Source: a virus (taxonomy: Duplodnaviria > Caudoviricetes). Taken from it: 64,000 nucleotides of DNA. A model generated the notes under the pieces. That model had not been told where the DNA came from. It did not search any database and was given only the letters and a program-made list of their open reading frames with translations. The translations under genes were made by a program, and so were the position numbers. Every line of letters starts with the position of its first letter. Within the stretch, counting starts at the first letter, position 1. The stretch lies in IMG/VR virus record IMGVR_UViG_3300005281_000001, positions 1-64,000 of that record; one strand, 5' to 3'. Below, piece by piece: positions 25,543-35,104 of the stretch.

Positions 25543-28500
25543 GTGGAGCAATCGATTCGCGTCTCGGCACGCGGCGACTTCGGACAGCTAACACGCGGTC
25601 TTAAGCAACTGCGAAGCGATTTGAAAAATGTCACGGATGAACTGAGCCGGGGCGCACGAGGGGGAGGCGTGTTCGACGAGTCTCGTCTTCGTGCGCTCGA
25701 TTTATTCCGGCGCCGGTTTGTCTCCACGCTTCGAGAGATCGACCGCGAGTTCGAGAAGCAGAATCAGATCATCGACGAACTTCATCGGTCCATGAGCCGG
25801 GCGCAGGCGTCCGAGCGCGACGCGATCCGGCGCACGATTCAGGAGCGCGAACGGCAGCTCGATGTGATCCGCAGGCAGGTTATGGAGGCCGAGCGGCTGT
25901 ACGAGCTTCAAATGCGCCAGCTCCGCGCGGGGTCGTCGCCGCAAGCAACGGCACGGGGCGGATCATCTATTGGCGTCCCTATGCCGGGTACGCCGCAGTA
26001 CACACGCCTTCAAGAAGGAATCAAGACCCTTCGGAAGGACTTGCAACCGATCGTCACGGAAGTCAACCGTGGCGCTCGGCGCGGTGGTGTGTTCAGCGAA
26101 GAAAACCTGCGCGCATTGGATATCTTCAAAAACCGCTTCCGGTCGACAATGGAGGCCATTGATGCGGAGTTCCAGCGGCACAATGATGCACTGGACAGCC
26201 TCTATGAGCGCATGGAGCGTGCGCAGGAGGACGAGCGCGAGGAAATACGCAAGACGATTCAGGAGCGCGAGAAAGAGCTGGACGTGCTGCGGCAGCAGCT
26301 CTATATTATCGAGCGCATTTACAAAGAGCGAACTTCGGAAGCTTCCAGCTTTTCGATGAAGACCGCTGGCGTAGACGCCGGCCAGCTTAATGAAGCCTCC
26401 GAAAACAGCCTGTTCGGACGGATGCTCCGGTCGCAGCTCCTGCGGCGCGGTATCGGCTTCGGAAGGTCCGCGCTGGCGCTCGCCGGCATCGGCGGAATCG
26501 GCGCTATTCTGTCACAGGCCTATCAAGCTGCGTATGCCCGGGAAGTCGAGTCGCTTGACCTTGCGCAGCGTCTCCGCGGGTACGCCGGAAGGTCCGGCAG
26601 CGCGTCGAGCATGTATGCCGCTGCTGCGGCGATTGGCCGCCGTGACCGGATGGGTTACACGGCGCAGGAAAGCTGGCAGTTCCTTGATCAGTATTCCCGA
26701 CTGGCCGGCGCCCTCAGCGCTGAGCAGCAGTACGGCCTCATGCGCTTCGGAAGGGCCTACGGCCTGTCGCTGGGTGAAGTGGCCGGGCTCGTCGGCGCAA
26801 ACGTACAGGCGGGCGGCGTAACGTCCCCGAAAGAGTTCGCCGATGCCATTGCCGGCAGCGTGGCTACGTCCGGCATGACGCCGCGTATTGTTGAAGTCAT
26901 GGAAGCCAATAACGCACTGCTTCAGCAAATGAACACGACGCTGAAGGACGGCAGCGCGCGGCAGCTTCTGGCCTACCAGACGACGCTCGACCGCATCGGT
27001 CTGTCTCAGGGCATGACCCAACTTACGGGTGCGCAGGGCGCCAGCCTGATTGCAGGTCTCGGCGGCATCTTCACACCCGACAACGATAAGTGGAAATGGA
27101 TGGGAATCCGAGCCCTTCAGGCATATAATCCCGAAAAATACGGGAACATGGGCCTGTTCGAGCTTGAGATGGCCTTTGAGGATGGCCTGCTTAACCCAGA
27201 CAACATTCCGGCTATGTCCTCGTATATCCGAAGCATCGTCGGAAACAACGAACCGCTCGCCAAACGCATCATGCAGCGCTGGCTTACGGAAGGCGGCTAC
27301 GCGGCAACAAAACGTGAGGCTTCCGAGTTTTACGACGCGACGCAAGGGCTCCGGGTGTTTGATGAAGCACAGATGGCCGCGCTCCGCGACGGTATGATCG
27401 ACTCCGGGGAGAAGTACGCTGAGCGCATGGACCAGACAGGGCAGGAGATTCTGGATGTCAACGCCCGCTACCTGAGCGCGCTTGAAGGCGTCGGCGGCGA
27501 GTTTATCGGCGTCATCAACACGCTGAAAGATGTTGTCACCACGGGTATCGAAAGCCTGAACCAGTTCGCCGATGCGGTGGATGCTGCGGTGGATTCGCTA
27601 AAAGCCCCGAACTGGATGAAGGAAGCCGGCATGAATGCCATGGACTTCATCGAAGACAACCCGTGGGCCATCATCGGCGGCGCTATGGCCGGCAAAGGGA
27701 TCGCCAATATGATGCGCCGCCGGCAGTCCGGCCGGGCGGGTGCAGCCGGAGCAGGCAGGGCGTCCGGCATCATACCCAAAACGCCGAAGGCCTCGTCCCT
27801 GCTGCGGGGAGCTGGCATCCTCGGTGCCGGTATCGGGCTCTATGAGATCATCCGCAACTGGGACAGCATCACGCCCGGTACCGATTACTGGGAGTACAAC
27901 CTTCTGGACACCGTCATGCCGGGTGCATCTTCGATTCTGGGTGGAAACCCAAGCACGCGGCGTGTCATCATGCCGGAAGAAATCGACGCTATGCGTGCCA
28001 AACGACAGGGGCTGGAGTATGTCGATAAGATTACACCCCAGCAGGTAGAAGGGCTTAGGTCATGGATGGCGCAGCAGAAGGAGAAGGCAAACGCCGCCGG
28101 CGACTCGCTCATCGGCCGCATGACCGAAGAAGACTACCGCCGGTTTACGTCGATGCCCCGGGATGTTACCGAAGACTTCGGAAGGCTGTCGGAAGCCGGC
28201 CAGACCTTCTACTCGGACACGCGCCGGGAGCACCGCGACAGACTCCTTCAGATTTACAACGAGCACCGCGGGCTGCGTGATCTGTTCTCCGGCATGTTCG
28301 GCCCGGTTATCGAAGGCTTCCGCTTTATGATCGGCTACGCCAGCCAGATTCTTAACGGATCGATGGCGTCTACATCCGCCGGCGCGCTCACCAGCGCAGC
28401 GTTTGATGTGCGCAGCGGCATCGGAAGTGTGACCGCAGCGCAGCTTAACGCGCAACTGGGTGGCGTACTGTCCGGCCGCGGTGCGGAATTTATTGCGGCC

Positions 28501-29538
28501 GGCCAGCGGTACGGCATAAACCCGGCATTTCTTGCAGCGGTCGCCATGCACGAGACCGGCAACGGTACGTCGGCTGCTGCCCGGCTCAAGAACAATGTCG
28601 GCGGCATGATGGGCAAGAACGGCTTGATGACCTTCGGAAGCATTTCAGAAGGCATCGACGCCATGGCGCGGAATCTCTACCGCAACTACATCTCGCAGGG
28701 ACTTACGACCGTTGAGGATATTCAGCGGAAGTATGCGCCCATCGGTGCGGCCAACGACCCGAACAACCTGAATTCGAACTGGACCCGCGGCGTTTATGCC
28801 TACATGAACCGCCTCGGCGTATCCACGCCGACGCCGGCGCGTGCTGGCGGGTTCTTCTCCGGCTGGGAGTCCCGTGTAACGTCTCGCTTCGGAAGCTTCG
28901 AATCGTTCCGATCGAAGCCGCACGGCGGGCTCGATATCAAAGGCGCACAGGGCGACCCTATCGAAGCACTGGCAGGCGGCAAAGTCGCATTCATTTACTA
29001 CGACGACGGCAGCAAGCTGGACTCCGACGGAAAGGCCAACACCCGCGCCGGAGGTACGGAAGTCGGCATCCAGATGCCGGACGGCAGCATCTACTACTAT
29101 AGCCACCTGTCGAAGGTCAATCCGAACCTGAAAGTCGGGCAGGAGATCAATGCCGGCGACTACATCGGAAACGTCGGCGGCACGCCGGGCAAGCCGGGAA
29201 GCGGCAGCTCGACAACCGGAGCGCACCTGCATCTGGGCTACATGAACGCTGCCGGCGAGCTGATGAATCCCGAGCAGCTTCTGAGGCAGCTCAATATCGG
29301 CGATTCCGACATTGGTCGGTTCATGTCGCAAATGCCGCTGCAGAACCGCGAGCAACTGTCCGCATCGTCGTCGCGCAAGGTCGAGGTTTCGATCGACATC
29401 AACATTACCGGCGAAGGGGCGCAATCGTTGAACAGCATGACAGAGCAGCAGCTTCGCCGCATGATCCAAAAGATCATGCAGGAAAGCAAGCTTACGCAAC
29501 TTCTGCAATCTCCGACGAGGGTGGGGTATAGCGGATGA
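25543..29538 (+). CDS. Tape measure protein with glucosaminidase (GH73-like) and M23 peptidase domains
   Basis: SD GGGGGTG before GTG. Long helical G/A-rich body; NPAFLAAVAMHETG..KNNVGG..YAP; HGGLD..YSHL..HLH. Confidence 0.88.
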   Translation: MEQSIRVSARGDFGQLTRGLKQLRSDLKNVTDELSRGARGGGVFDESRLRALDLFRRRFVSTLREIDREFEKQNQIIDELHRSMSRAQASERDAIRRTIQERERQLDVIRRQVMEAERLYELQMRQLRAGSSPQATARGGSSIGVPMPGTPQYTRLQEGIKTLRKDLQPIVTEVNRGARRGGVFSEENLRALDIFKNRFRSTMEAIDAEFQRHNDALDSLYERMERAQEDEREEIRKTIQEREKELDVLRQQLYIIERIYKERTSEASSFSMKTAGVDAGQLNEASENSLFGRMLRSQLLRRGIGFGRSALALAGIGGIGAILSQAYQAAYAREVESLDLAQRLRGYAGRSGSASSMYAAAAAIGRRDRMGYTAQESWQFLDQYSRLAGALSAEQQYGLMRFGRAYGLSLGEVAGLVGANVQAGGVTSPKEFADAIAGSVATSGMTPRIVEVMEANNALLQQMNTTLKDGSARQLLAYQTTLDRIGLSQGMTQLTGAQGASLIAGLGGIFTPDNDKWKWMGIRALQAYNPEKYGNMGLFELEMAFEDGLLNPDNIPAMSSYIRSIVGNNEPLAKRIMQRWLTEGGYAATKREASEFYDATQGLRVFDEAQMAALRDGMIDSGEKYAERMDQTGQEILDVNARYLSALEGVGGEFIGVINTLKDVVTTGIESLNQFADAVDAAVDSLKAPNWMKEAGMNAMDFIEDNPWAIIGGAMAGKGIANMMRRRQSGRAGAAGAGRASGIIPKTPKASSLLRGAGILGAGIGLYEIIRNWDSITPGTDYWEYNLLDTVMPGASSILGGNPSTRRVIMPEEIDAMRAKRQGLEYVDKITPQQVEGLRSWMAQQKEKANAAGDSLIGRMTEEDYRRFTSMPRDVTEDFGRLSEAGQTFYSDTRREHRDRLLQIYNEHRGLRDLFSGMFGPVIEGFRFMIGYASQILNGSMASTSAGALTSAAFDVRSGIGSVTAAQLNAQLGGVLSGRGAEFIAAGQRYGINPAFLAAVAMHETGNGTSAAARLKNNVGGMMGKNGLMTFGSISEGIDAMARNLYRNYISQGLTTVEDIQRKYAPIGAANDPNNLNSNWTRGVYAYMNRLGVSTPTPARAGGFFSGWESRVTSRFGSFESFRSKPHGGLDIKGAQGDPIEALAGGKVAFIYYDDGSKLDSDGKANTRAGGTEVGIQMPDGSIYYYSHLSKVNPNLKVGQEINAGDYIGNVGGTPGKPGSGSSTTGAHLHLGYMNAAGELMNPEQLLRQLNIGDSDIGRFMSQMPLQNREQLSASSSRKVEVSIDINITGEGAQSLNSMTEQQLRRMIQKIMQESKLTQLLQSPTRVGYSG

Positions 29539-31307
29539 GCATCGGGTACAAAGAGAAAGGCGGCAACAACAGCCGCACCGTCAAGCGATATATTCCGGTG
29601 GTTTATGTCAGCTTCCACACCAAAGACAAGTGCTACCAACTAAAGGGCGAGATTACAGAGGAAGGAAAACAGCTTGATCCGACCTATCAGGTCATATCTG
29701 TTACAACGCACAAGCAGATGAGCGCGCCGGCCGGGACATTCAGCATCCAGCTTGCCGGCATAGCATGGATGTCCCGGCTGACGCCGAATGATCTTGTCGT
29801 CATCCAGATGGGATACAAGAAGCCTGACGGTAAAGAGGACGTGCAAACGGTTATGGTAGGGCTCATCGACACCATTGGTCGCACCAGAACCGCTCAGACG
29901 CCTCCGGTGGCGACGACAACCGTCACCGGGCGCGATTTGGCGAAGGTCCTCATCAAGTCGCAGCTCCGGTTTTATCCTGAAGTCGGTATGGATAACCGGG
30001 ACGGCGAGAAGTTCTTCCTGACGGACGAAGGATGGATTACGCTGATGAATGTTTTCACGGCCGAGACGATCGTCAAAGGAACGCCGGCCGTCGTGCTCGA
30101 CAACATCATGCGGTACATCCTTCCGAAGCTCAACTCTGTTGAGTGGACAATCTGGGACGAGTCGAAAAAGGAGCCGGTTCCGAAGAAGGTCGACGTGACA
30201 AACATCTTGCGGTACAACTTTGGTAAGGTCGACATCTTCCTGCCGATGATCTTCACAGCCGACCAATACGAGGGCTCCATTTGGAACCTGATGGAACGTG
30301 CGTCCATCAAACCCTTTACGGAGCTGTTCGTTGACGTTCGAAGCGCTGACGAGGCGTGGAACAAAGGCGACAGGCCCCGGGTGGTCAACGAGACGATTGA
30401 GGAAGGCTCCGACGACAGCAAGGCGAAGTATCCGAAGGGCGACGGCTACTATCCGAGTCCGCGCGTCGGGTTCGGGCAGGACAACAGCGCTGTCATGGTG
30501 GTCCTTCGGAACACGCCTTTCGACAAGGGCATGTGGGAAAAGCTTTACACGCATGATCTTCTGGCCGAGGATGTCATCGAGGAAGAACTGTCCATCTCAG
30601 ACAACGAGCACTATAACTTGTTCTGGGCCGGCACGGTCATTAACCCGCTGGGATTCGACCTGAAGCGTGTTGTCCCGCCGATGTTCAACGAGGAAGACGC
30701 GAAGCGATACGGCCTATCCCCGCTTGAAGTCTCTATCGAAGGCCTGTCTATCGAGCAGGATAACCCGGAGGCGCCGACGCTTCTTGAAGGCCTGTCGAAA
30801 TCGTGGACGGCTAAGCTGAAGGCATGGTTCGAGAAGAACCACACTTACATGTCCGGCACGATGCGCGTCCGCGGCAAAGGCGACTATCGGATCGGTCACC
30901 GGCTGGTTCGGAAGGGAATCGAGCGAGAGTTCTACATTGAGGGTGTGACGCAGTCCTTCCACGTCTTCGAAAGCTGGGAAACGACGCTCGAGCTGACGCG
31001 CGGCATGCCGCTCGGCGCTGCGCCAGACCATCTGGAGTATCTGGATTCGTCGCGGGACACGCAGGCGCCGCAGCGTCCGACATCTCAGAAGACGGACGAT
31101 GACATCAAGCTGGAGTACTACACGGTCAAGAACGGCGACAGCCTGTGGACGATCGCCGCGAAGCCCGAAGTGTACGGGGATTCCTCGAAGTGGACGCGGC
31201 TATGGGACGAGAACAAGGAAATGCTCATCGAGCGCGATTCTCGCAATATCGCCAATCCCGGCCGTTACATCTATCCCGGACAAGTCCTGCGCATCCCGCG
31301 CGGTTAG
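29535..31307 (+). CDS. Baseplate hub protein with C-terminal LysM
   Basis: GTFSIQL, TGRDLAK, FYIEGVTQSF hub features; YTVKNGDSLWTIA...IYPGQVLRIP LysM. Confidence 0.8.
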   Translation: MSIGYKEKGGNNSRTVKRYIPVVYVSFHTKDKCYQLKGEITEEGKQLDPTYQVISVTTHKQMSAPAGTFSIQLAGIAWMSRLTPNDLVVIQMGYKKPDGKEDVQTVMVGLIDTIGRTRTAQTPPVATTTVTGRDLAKVLIKSQLRFYPEVGMDNRDGEKFFLTDEGWITLMNVFTAETIVKGTPAVVLDNIMRYILPKLNSVEWTIWDESKKEPVPKKVDVTNILRYNFGKVDIFLPMIFTADQYEGSIWNLMERASIKPFTELFVDVRSADEAWNKGDRPRVVNETIEEGSDDSKAKYPKGDGYYPSPRVGFGQDNSAVMVVLRNTPFDKGMWEKLYTHDLLAEDVIEEELSISDNEHYNLFWAGTVINPLGFDLKRVVPPMFNEEDAKRYGLSPLEVSIEGLSIEQDNPEAPTLLEGLSKSWTAKLKAWFEKNHTYMSGTMRVRGKGDYRIGHRLVRKGIEREFYIEGVTQSFHVFESWETTLELTRGMPLGAAPDHLEYLDSSRDTQAPQRPTSQKTDDDIKLEYYTVKNGDSLWTIAAKPEVYGDSSKWTRLWDENKEMLIERDSRNIANPGRYIYPGQVLRIPRG

Positions 31308-31321
31308 GAGGTTCGGAAGTG

Positions 31322-31990
31322 ATGATGCAGATGCAAAGCTCGCTTGGCGGGCGGGTTATCAACCGCCTTCCGAGCTTCAACAATACGCGGATCGGAAAAG
31401 TGACCAGCGTCAAGGACTATCACGAGTTCGGCCGGATCGAGGTTATCTTCCTCGACTACAGTGTGCCGATGCCGGTATGGGTAGTCGGAAACGTCGACCG
31501 GGAGCCGGTCACCGGCGATACGGTGCTGGTCGGCTACATGGACGGCCGAAAAGATGCTCCGTATTTGGTCGGGTTCGTCAAGAACGAAAGCTACACGACC
31601 AACTTTACGATCGTCAGCAAAGACCGCATACGACTCCAGCTTCCGATCTTCGGCATCGGAGAGGAAGACAGTCCGGCCACGCGAGACGTGCGCGGCCACC
31701 TGCTGGATGACAGCATGGAGGACAAACGGGCGTACATCGACGTAACGCCGGATCATGTGATGGTAAGCTTCCCGACTTCAGAAGATGGATCGGACCCGCC
31801 GGCCACTATCAAGGTCACAAAAGATGGCGTGGAGATCGACCATCCGAAGACCATCAAACATCACGGAGGCAGCAAGGGTGTTGCCCGGTTGGGGGACACC
31901 GTCGAAGTGACGATCAACGTGCCGACCATTGGAACTGTAACCGGAACGGGCACAATTACGTCCGCATCGGATAAAACGCTGATTGACTGA
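31322..31990 (+). CDS. Baseplate central spike (gpV/gp45-like)
   Basis: SD AGGAGGT. OB-like PVTGDTVLVGY; VARLGD...GTITSAS C-terminus. Confidence 0.7.
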   Translation: MMQMQSSLGGRVINRLPSFNNTRIGKVTSVKDYHEFGRIEVIFLDYSVPMPVWVVGNVDREPVTGDTVLVGYMDGRKDAPYLVGFVKNESYTTNFTIVSKDRIRLQLPIFGIGEEDSPATRDVRGHLLDDSMEDKRAYIDVTPDHVMVSFPTSEDGSDPPATIKVTKDGVEIDHPKTIKHHGGSKGVARLGDTVEVTINVPTIGTVTGTGTITSASDKTLID

Positions 31991-32004
31991 AAGGGGGTAT
32001 CGGT

Positions 32005-32610
32005 ATGGCACTCGTCAGCCGCTCGACGCTGGAGCTTAAACGTGTGTACCGGCACACATTCGACCTGAAGAAGCAGGGGCAGGGTACGATCGCCATGCAT
32101 ACGCTCGTCGTTAACCCGGAGGATTTCACCCAGACGGAGCCGGCGCGTGTCAACGTCACGGAAACCCTCGGCGGGGCTTACGTGACGGACTTCGGAAAGG
32201 GGCTTCCTGTCGTCACCATTACCGGGACAACCGGCTACAGGCAGCGCACGACAGCCGAAGGAAAGCTGATGGATGGATTCGAAGCGTTCATCGACTTCCG
32301 AAACAAGATTTACCGCGGGCTTATCGAAAGCAGCGACCCGTCGCTGGCGCTTTACTGGTACAACTGGGAGGACAACGAGTTCTATGAGATTCAGCCGACC
32401 GAATTCCGGCTTCAGCGCAACAGGGAGCAGCCGCTGCTTTACCGGTATGAGCTGAAGTTCACGTGCATTAATCGACTGAACAGCGCGAAATCCGAAAAGC
32501 CGGATTATCTGGACACGACAGATACGATGGTGTCGCTGGGTAGAGCGATTGGGCTTGCGATATCGAACGTCAGCGAAATCTTGACCACCCTGACCGGAAG
32601 GAGCGAGTGA
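32005..32610 (+). CDS. Baseplate / tube-initiator-like protein
   Basis: VNPE...TLGG..TDFG..ITITGTTG...PLLYRYEL motif. Confidence 0.65.
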   Translation: MALVSRSTLELKRVYRHTFDLKKQGQGTIAMHTLVVNPEDFTQTEPARVNVTETLGGAYVTDFGKGLPVVTITGTTGYRQRTTAEGKLMDGFEAFIDFRNKIYRGLIESSDPSLALYWYNWEDNEFYEIQPTEFRLQRNREQPLLYRYELKFTCINRLNSAKSEKPDYLDTTDTMVSLGRAIGLAISNVSEILTTLTGRSE

Positions 32611-32987
32611 CGATGCCGCTCGATACCTTTTATCTTCCGAAGGAATCCATAAGCTACATCAACTATCCGGTCCTTCGGGAGCAGCAGGCCAACATTGAAG
32701 CTATTTTGATGTACGCATTGAGGGTGCATAGCGCGCTGTCTGACTACAACGAGAACACAGCCAACCGGATAGACCTTAATGCTGACGAGCTGCGCGAATA
32801 CATCGACCTTTGCCGAAAGACTTGCGCGGCAATGGGAACTGCGGAACGCGTTCCATTCGATGTCCTGATCGAAATCCGCAACATCATGGCGGACCTGATG
32901 AAGCTCCACTACAAATACTCGGTCTTCGGAAGTTCGATGTTCGGAACGCCGACGAATCTGACCACTTCGGAAGGGAGTGGCGTATAA
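32607..32987 (+). CDS. Hypothetical baseplate-region protein
   Basis: Coupled overlaps with both neighbours; SD AAGGAG. Confidence 0.55.
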   Translation: MTMPLDTFYLPKESISYINYPVLREQQANIEAILMYALRVHSALSDYNENTANRIDLNADELREYIDLCRKTCAAMGTAERVPFDVLIEIRNIMADLMKLHYKYSVFGSSMFGTPTNLTTSEGSGV

Positions 32988-33922
32988 TGCCAATAGAGCA
33001 TGTCTTGACCGACATCGACAATGTACACAATCTGGCCGCACGATACAACGTGCCGTGGGAGGACATCGTATCCTACAACGGGCTGGAGTATCCGTACACG
33101 CTGACCTCGATCGAAGCTTATCGGAAGCTTTACGCCAGCGGGTACCTGAAGATCACCCGGGCGCTGGCAACGACGGAAGTGACGATCTACGCCGGGTCGA
33201 CCTTCATGACCGAAACCGACTCGCAGGGGATTCAGAAGGTTTACGAGATGGTCGAGGACCTGTACATGCCGGCCGGAACCTATACCGGGTATGCATTTGT
33301 GCGCTGCACGCTGTATGGGACCTTCGGAAACACCATTCAAAATACGATCATCCTGCGTGGGAACGTTCGGTCGAGTCTGGGTCCGTTCCTCAGCGAACTT
33401 ACGGTCACGAATGAGCAGCCGTTTACTAACGGGACGGACGCGAAAGTCCGCATCACTGGCCAGACGCTGCTGATCCCGACGCCGGACGACGTAATCGACG
33501 GCGCCCATGCCCAGTACAACGCAGACAACTACCTGAACCAACTAGGCGGTGAAGACTTGGCCGTCGACGTTGACGGAGAAATCCGGGACGACGGCCTCGG
33601 CGACCTCGGATCGGTTATCGGCGTCGATAATATCGCGCAGGCCATCCGCAACCGGCTCATGTGCCGGAGAGGCGGTCTTCCGAAGCACCCGGAGTACGGA
33701 AGCGACCTTCACACGCTGATAGGCAAGGCGCAGCTTCCGTACATCAACAGTCTGGTCTCCGTTTATATCAACGAGGCCTTGCTTTCTGACGACCGGATCG
33801 CGTCCGTGTCCGTCGACCGAGTGCGTATCAGCGGAACCGTTATTTACGTTGACCTGACCGTTAAAATCGTCGATTCGGATCAGGCGCTGACCTTGCAGGA
33901 TATGGTCCTGAGCTTCGAATAA
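32987..33922 (+). CDS. Baseplate wedge protein (split LysM + gp25/GPW-like domain)
   Basis: LAARYNVPWEDIVSYN...GQTLLIP; NIAQAIRNRL..HPEYGS..DDRIASV. Confidence 0.75.
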   Translation: MPIEHVLTDIDNVHNLAARYNVPWEDIVSYNGLEYPYTLTSIEAYRKLYASGYLKITRALATTEVTIYAGSTFMTETDSQGIQKVYEMVEDLYMPAGTYTGYAFVRCTLYGTFGNTIQNTIILRGNVRSSLGPFLSELTVTNEQPFTNGTDAKVRITGQTLLIPTPDDVIDGAHAQYNADNYLNQLGGEDLAVDVDGEIRDDGLGDLGSVIGVDNIAQAIRNRLMCRRGGLPKHPEYGSDLHTLIGKAQLPYINSLVSVYINEALLSDDRIASVSVDRVRISGTVIYVDLTVKIVDSDQALTLQDMVLSFE

Positions 33923-33937
33923 AGGGGGAACCGCATC

Positions 33938-35089
33938 ATGGCATTTGAGCGAAAGTCCATGGAAGTCATTGTGCAGCGCATGGTCGACTGGACGCGTGGC
34001 GCATCGACAAAGTTCACAGACTTCCGTGTCGGATCGCGCATCCGCACGATGTATGAAGCCGTTGGACTCGTCGTGGAGGAATATTATGACCGCGTCCACC
34101 GCGCCATGAAGACGATGATCGAGCAGAACGTCTACGCGGCAATGGGCTTCGAGAAGCAGCCGGCGGTGTACGCAACAGGCGCGGTCACCTTCAGCCGGAC
34201 GACGCCGGCCGACACAAACTACCTGATCCCGGCCGGCACCATCGTCCGCACGAGAGCGACGGCCACGTCGGCCCCGGTCAACTTCCGAACCACGGTTGAT
34301 GCCGTCATTGCAGTCGGCCAGACTTCGGTTACGGTTCCGGTTATCTGCCAGACGCCCGGGACCGTCGGCAACGTAGACGCCGGCACCATTACCAATTTCC
34401 TGACGAAGCCGACCGGTGTGGACGCGGTTACGAACGCGAACCCGCTGAGCAACGGTCGCGAGGAAGAAACGCCGGACGAGCAGAAGTCGCGGTTTCAGAA
34501 GTTTATCAGCTCGCTGTCCCGCGGAACGCTACCGGCTATCGAGTACGGCGCGACGACCGCCGTCATTACGGATGAAAACGGGGACGTGATTGAGCGCGTG
34601 GTCGACGCCCGAGCGTTCGAGTTCATCCCTGAGCGGTTAGGCGAGGTCGACGTGTATATCTGGAATGGTGTGGGGCAGGCTTCACAGGACCTGATCGACG
34701 AAGTGCAGAAAATTCTGCACGGCTACTACGACAGCAACGGCAAGCCGGTCTACGGCTACAAGCCGGCCGGCATCATGGTAACGGTGTACTCGGCATCCGC
34801 AGCCGACGTATATATCAGAATCAACATTAAGCCGGAAGACGGCGTCGAGCTGGAAGAACTGAAGCCGTACATCGAGCGTGAGATCGCGGACTTCTTCTCC
34901 GCCCTGAAACAGGGCGATACACTGATTCAGACCGCGCTGGAGACTCGTGTGAAGCTCATTGACGGCATCTACGACGTGAAGATCGAGCTCTCCACGGACG
35001 GTGAGACTTACTCTTACGACAACATCACGGCCGGTACGACGGAGATTCTGGTGCCGCACGCGCCGTACACTTACGAGCTGATATCGTAA
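33938..35089 (+). CDS. Baseplate J-like protein
   Basis: ATGAVTFSR, IPAGT, GTVGNV, GREEETPDE motifs. Confidence 0.9.
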   Translation: MAFERKSMEVIVQRMVDWTRGASTKFTDFRVGSRIRTMYEAVGLVVEEYYDRVHRAMKTMIEQNVYAAMGFEKQPAVYATGAVTFSRTTPADTNYLIPAGTIVRTRATATSAPVNFRTTVDAVIAVGQTSVTVPVICQTPGTVGNVDAGTITNFLTKPTGVDAVTNANPLSNGREEETPDEQKSRFQKFISSLSRGTLPAIEYGATTAVITDENGDVIERVVDARAFEFIPERLGEVDVYIWNGVGQASQDLIDEVQKILHGYYDSNGKPVYGYKPAGIMVTVYSASAADVYIRINIKPEDGVELEELKPYIEREIADFFSALKQGDTLIQTALETRVKLIDGIYDVKIELSTDGETYSYDNITAGTTEILVPHAPYTYELIS

Positions 35090-35104
35090 AAGGAGGGGTG
35101 ATTC

